Source: an uncultured delta proteobacterium (GTDB lineage Bacteria > Myxococcota > Myxococcia > Myxococcales > Anaeromyxobacteraceae). From it: a DNA stretch of 64,000 nt. Position numbers and translations under genes: made by a program. The stretch is taken from the NCBI GenBank assembly GCA_963814585.1, contig CAWFDF010000014.1, positions 480,001 through 544,000 on the forward strand, in the 5' to 3' direction. Below are positions 61,263-64,000 of this stretch, piece by piece (position 1 is the stretch's first letter; each line of letters opens with the position of its first letter). The notes beneath the pieces are model-generated. The model did no database searches. It was not told the origin of the DNA and was given only the letters and a program-made list of their open reading frames with translations.

Positions 61263-61985
61263 GTGAACTCCAAGAACCTGCACGCCGCCGCCGTGTCGCT
61301 GCTGCTCCTCGCCGCCCCCGCGGGGGGCGTGCGCGCCACCCCGGTGACCTATCCCCCCACCTCGCCCTTCGTGGCCGGGACCAGCATCAAGGCGGCCGAC
61401 GTCAACGCCAGCTTCACCGCGGTGAAGACGGCCGTCGATGACAACGCCACCCGCCTCGCCGCCGCCGAGACCGGGCTGACCGCGGCGCTCGCGCGCATCA
61501 CCGCGCTCGAGGCGACCAACGCCGAACGGATGAGCTACTACGCCGAACAGGGCGGCGTCGACGCCAACGGCTCGATCGATGACACCTGGGTCGACGTGGG
61601 GGGAACGACCATCGCCGTGACCTTCGTGGCCCCCACCACCATCCGCTACCAGCTCTTCGCCAGGATCTACAACTACGCCGGCACCACCGGGAGCCCCACC
61701 AGCTGCTCGGTCCGGATCGTCAAGGACGACGTCCCGACCGCCCTCTTTCCCATCACTCCAGCAACGATGGGCGACTGGAACGGGATCCTGACCGGCGGCG
61801 ACACCTCGCCGAACAACTCAAACCAGGTGGCCCTCGGCGGACTCGTCACCATGCCGGCCGGCGCCTACACCTTCAAGGTCCAGGTGGTCCGCAAGACGAC
61901 GGCTGGCCTCGTCAACTCGGGCAACTGCTCGATCTTCCGCTGGTCCTTCAGCAAGGCGCGCTTCTTCATCGACGTCGTACCCTAG
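61263..61985 (+). CDS. Secreted fibre-like protein (signal peptide, coiled coil, beta-rich head)
   Basis: SD AAGGAG; signal peptide; FVAGTSIKAADVNASF; heptads ending RITALE; beta-rich C-terminus. Confidence 0.8.
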   Translation: MNSKNLHAAAVSLLLLAAPAGGVRATPVTYPPTSPFVAGTSIKAADVNASFTAVKTAVDDNATRLAAAETGLTAALARITALEATNAERMSYYAEQGGVDANGSIDDTWVDVGGTTIAVTFVAPTTIRYQLFARIYNYAGTTGSPTSCSVRIVKDDVPTALFPITPATMGDWNGILTGGDTSPNNSNQVALGGLVTMPAGAYTFKVQVVRKTTAGLVNSGNCSIFRWSFSKARFFIDVVP

Positions 61986-62046
61986 CCCCTCGAAGGGCGC
62001 TGAGCCGCCAGGCCTTCGGCTTGCCCGGCACCGCGGTGCCACCCCG

Positions 62047-63549
62047 TCACTCCAGCGGCGGCACCAGCACGAGCACGTCCACCGTCGCCCTCCGCTCCAC
62101 GATCCGCACCGGCCACGCATGGTAGGCGCGCAGCCAGCGCTCCGCCTCGCGCTCCGGCTCTTCGCCGCGCGGCCGGCAGATCCGGATCGACTCGACCGGG
62201 AGCCCCTTCCACTGCATCACCGTGGGCGTGGCCCGGTGGGTCACCCCCCAGACGCGCCGCGGCCCGCCGCCGGCCTCGTCGCGCAGCCCGCGCTCCCGCG
62301 TCACCAGCGCCGCGTGCCAGACCGCCGGCCACACCGACCAGTAGTCGCCGGCCACCAGCTGGCACCCCGCCGCCAGCACGTCCTCGGTGAGCGTCCCCGC
62401 CACCGCGTCGAGGTCGGCGCGGACGCGCTGGAGCGACGGCGTCCCGCCCACCGCCAGCACCGCCAGCGGAAGCGCCAGCAGCGCCGCGGCGAAGGCCGGC
62501 CGGGCGGCCCGGGCCAGGCGCGCCAGCGGCTCGGCCAGCAGCGAGATCACGGCCAGGTGGAGGAGCAGCGCGGCCGGCGCCAGGTAGCGCGGGTGGTGGT
62601 GGTTCTCGGCCACCCAGGCCAGCGCGCCGACGAAGGCGGCATAGGCCGCCGCCGCGAAGAGCAGCATCCCGGCCCGGACCAGCGCGTCGCGCCGCCAGCC
62701 GCGCGACGACGGCAGCGCCAGGAGCGCGCCGCCCAGCCCGGCGCACGCGAGCAGTGCCCCGCCCCACCCGGGCGCCTCGGTCCAGGCCCTCGTCACCGTG
62801 GCCGCCCAGGCGGCCGGCCACTGCGCCACCGGCAGGAAGCCGACCGTCAGCAGGAGCGGGTTCCCGGTGAGGACCGGGTAGAGCATGATCGACAGCTGCC
62901 CGGCGCCGAGGCCGGCCGCCAGCAGCCCGGCGTCGACCAGCAGCCGCTCCCGGATGGCGCCCCGCTCCCCGGCCGGCTCGGTGAGCCAGTCCTCCAGGGC
63001 CCGCCCCAGCGCCAGGAGTCCCAGCACCACGCCGGTGGCCGGGTTGACCCAGTGGGCCAGCAGGACCAGCAGCAGGCCCGCCGCCAGCCGCCCGCGCCGG
63101 CGCCGCCCCCCGCCGGGCGCCGGCTCGGCGAAGGCCAGGCCGGCCAGCGCCAGCGCCAGGGCCAGGCCGTAGGGCTGGTCGCCCAGGTACTCGAAGCGCC
63201 AGGCCTCCGGGGCGAGGAGCAGGAGCGTCGCCGCGGCCGCGACGCCGACCAGCGGCCAGTCGCGCTCGGCCAGCAGGTGGCGGGCCAGCAGCACCACCGC
63301 CGCCAGCCCGGCCAGGATCATCAGGCCGCGCTGCAGCAGCAGGTTCCAGAGCGGATCGCGGACCGGCAGCGCCAGCAGCGGCAGCAGCATGCCGTACCGC
63401 TCCTGGTCCCAGTAGAGCGGCGTCCAGCGCTGCAGCGACACCAGCACCGGGACGATCGAGTCGCCGTGCTCCAGCCGGTGGAAGCTGCCGAGGTCGAGCA
63501 GCGCCGCCGCCGCCGCCAGCGCCCCGAAGAGCGGCCAGGCGCGGCGCAC
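62047..63549 (-). CDS. Multi-pass membrane protein, GT-C-like
   Basis: HGDS..PVLVSL..WT..YWDQERYGML, many TM segments, RY motif, GDYWSVWP in the soluble tail. Confidence 0.65.
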   Translation of the reverse strand: MRRAWPLFGALAAAAALLDLGSFHRLEHGDSIVPVLVSLQRWTPLYWDQERYGMLLPLLALPVRDPLWNLLLQRGLMILAGLAAVVLLARHLLAERDWPLVGVAAAATLLLLAPEAWRFEYLGDQPYGLALALALAGLAFAEPAPGGGRRRRGRLAAGLLLVLLAHWVNPATGVVLGLLALGRALEDWLTEPAGERGAIRERLLVDAGLLAAGLGAGQLSIMLYPVLTGNPLLLTVGFLPVAQWPAAWAATVTRAWTEAPGWGGALLACAGLGGALLALPSSRGWRRDALVRAGMLLFAAAAYAAFVGALAWVAENHHHPRYLAPAALLLHLAVISLLAEPLARLARAARPAFAAALLALPLAVLAVGGTPSLQRVRADLDAVAGTLTEDVLAAGCQLVAGDYWSVWPAVWHAALVTRERGLRDEAGGGPRRVWGVTHRATPTVMQWKGLPVESIRICRPRGEEPEREAERWLRAYHAWPVRIVERRATVDVLVLVPPLE

Positions 63550-63572
63550 GGCTGGACCACGGCGGCGCCGGG

Positions 63573-64000
63573 CTACCTGGCCCCGGCCCGCTCGGCCCGC
63601 TCCTTGGCCTCGGCCGCCAGGGCCCGCACCGAGAAGCCCGGCGTCTGGGCGTACTCGTCGGTGGCGTTGGCGTGGAAGGCCCGGGCGCTGGCCTTCATGG
63701 CCGCCAGCTGGTCGGCCGGGATGGCCGGAGACGGGCGGCGCAGCCAGGGATCCGAGTGGTAGCTGACGGCCGGGCCCCGCAGCAGCGCCTTCTCGTCCTG
63801 CAGCTGCCCCTGGCGGTCCAGGGACGGCGGCGCGTGCTCGCCGGTGTCCATGCGGATGGCGTCCTTGGGGCAGGCCTCGACGCAGAAGCCGCAGACCACG
63901 CAGCGCAGCTCGTCGATGACGAACTTGACCGGGTACTTCTCGATGGGATCGCCCTGCCACCTCGCCGGCCTCGATGTAGATGCACTGGGCCGGGCAGGCC
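63573..64000 (-). CDS. nuoI: NADH-quinone oxidoreductase subunit I (5'-truncated by window; frameshift near 63955)
   Basis: [42 protein letters not shown]. Confidence 0.85.
   Translation of the reverse strand, partial: PARPSASTSRPARWQGDPIEKYPVKFVIDELRCVVCGFCVEACPKDAIRMDTGEHAPPSLDRQGQLQDEKALLRGPAVSYHSDPWLRRPSPAIPADQLAAMKASARAFHANATDEYAQTPGFSVRALAAEAKERAERAGAR

Noticed and set aside
61263..61985. Prophage tail-fibre remnant
   Set aside because: It has a Sec signal peptide and no phage genes, integrase or att sites nearby, so I treat it as a cellular protein

Overview
Very GC-rich, gene-dense chromosomal window whose gene set looks myxobacterial (Anaeromyxobacter-like; this is an inference from gene content). 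It carries about 59 CDS: mlaEFD, queD, crp-like, thiE/thiG/thiS, a MoxR-DUF58-DUF4350-DUF4129 operon, SPFH plus RHH regulator, MFS, SNF2 helicase, C69 peptidase, glpAB with a mini Fe-S subunit and a lipid kinase, aspS, recJ, secDF-yajC-tgt-PilZ-queA-spoIID, a divergent pair of KamA radical-SAM genes, a rel / FHA / Ser-Thr kinase / FHA / dksA / diadenylate cyclase signalling block, ampG, an accessory surface-protein block and a partial nuoI. I found no rRNA, tRNA, CRISPR array, transposase or phage gene. About 13 genes are split by single-base frameshifts, including housekeeping genes (secF, tgt, nuoI), so these are most likely read or assembly indels. Most interesting: (1) an Ig lipoprotein ending in a (WDxxx)3 tail, co-transcribed with a secreted, probably trimeric fibre-like protein; (2) head-to-head KamA paralogues with no pathway partners; (3) a zinc-ribbon kinase/FHA module embedded among ppGpp and c-di-AMP genes; (4) many -10 boxes only 6-8 nt upstream of start codons, suggesting leaderless mRNAs; (5) a helically phased operator upstream of SPFH-RHH. 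Family assignments come from motif recognition by eye, not from database searches.
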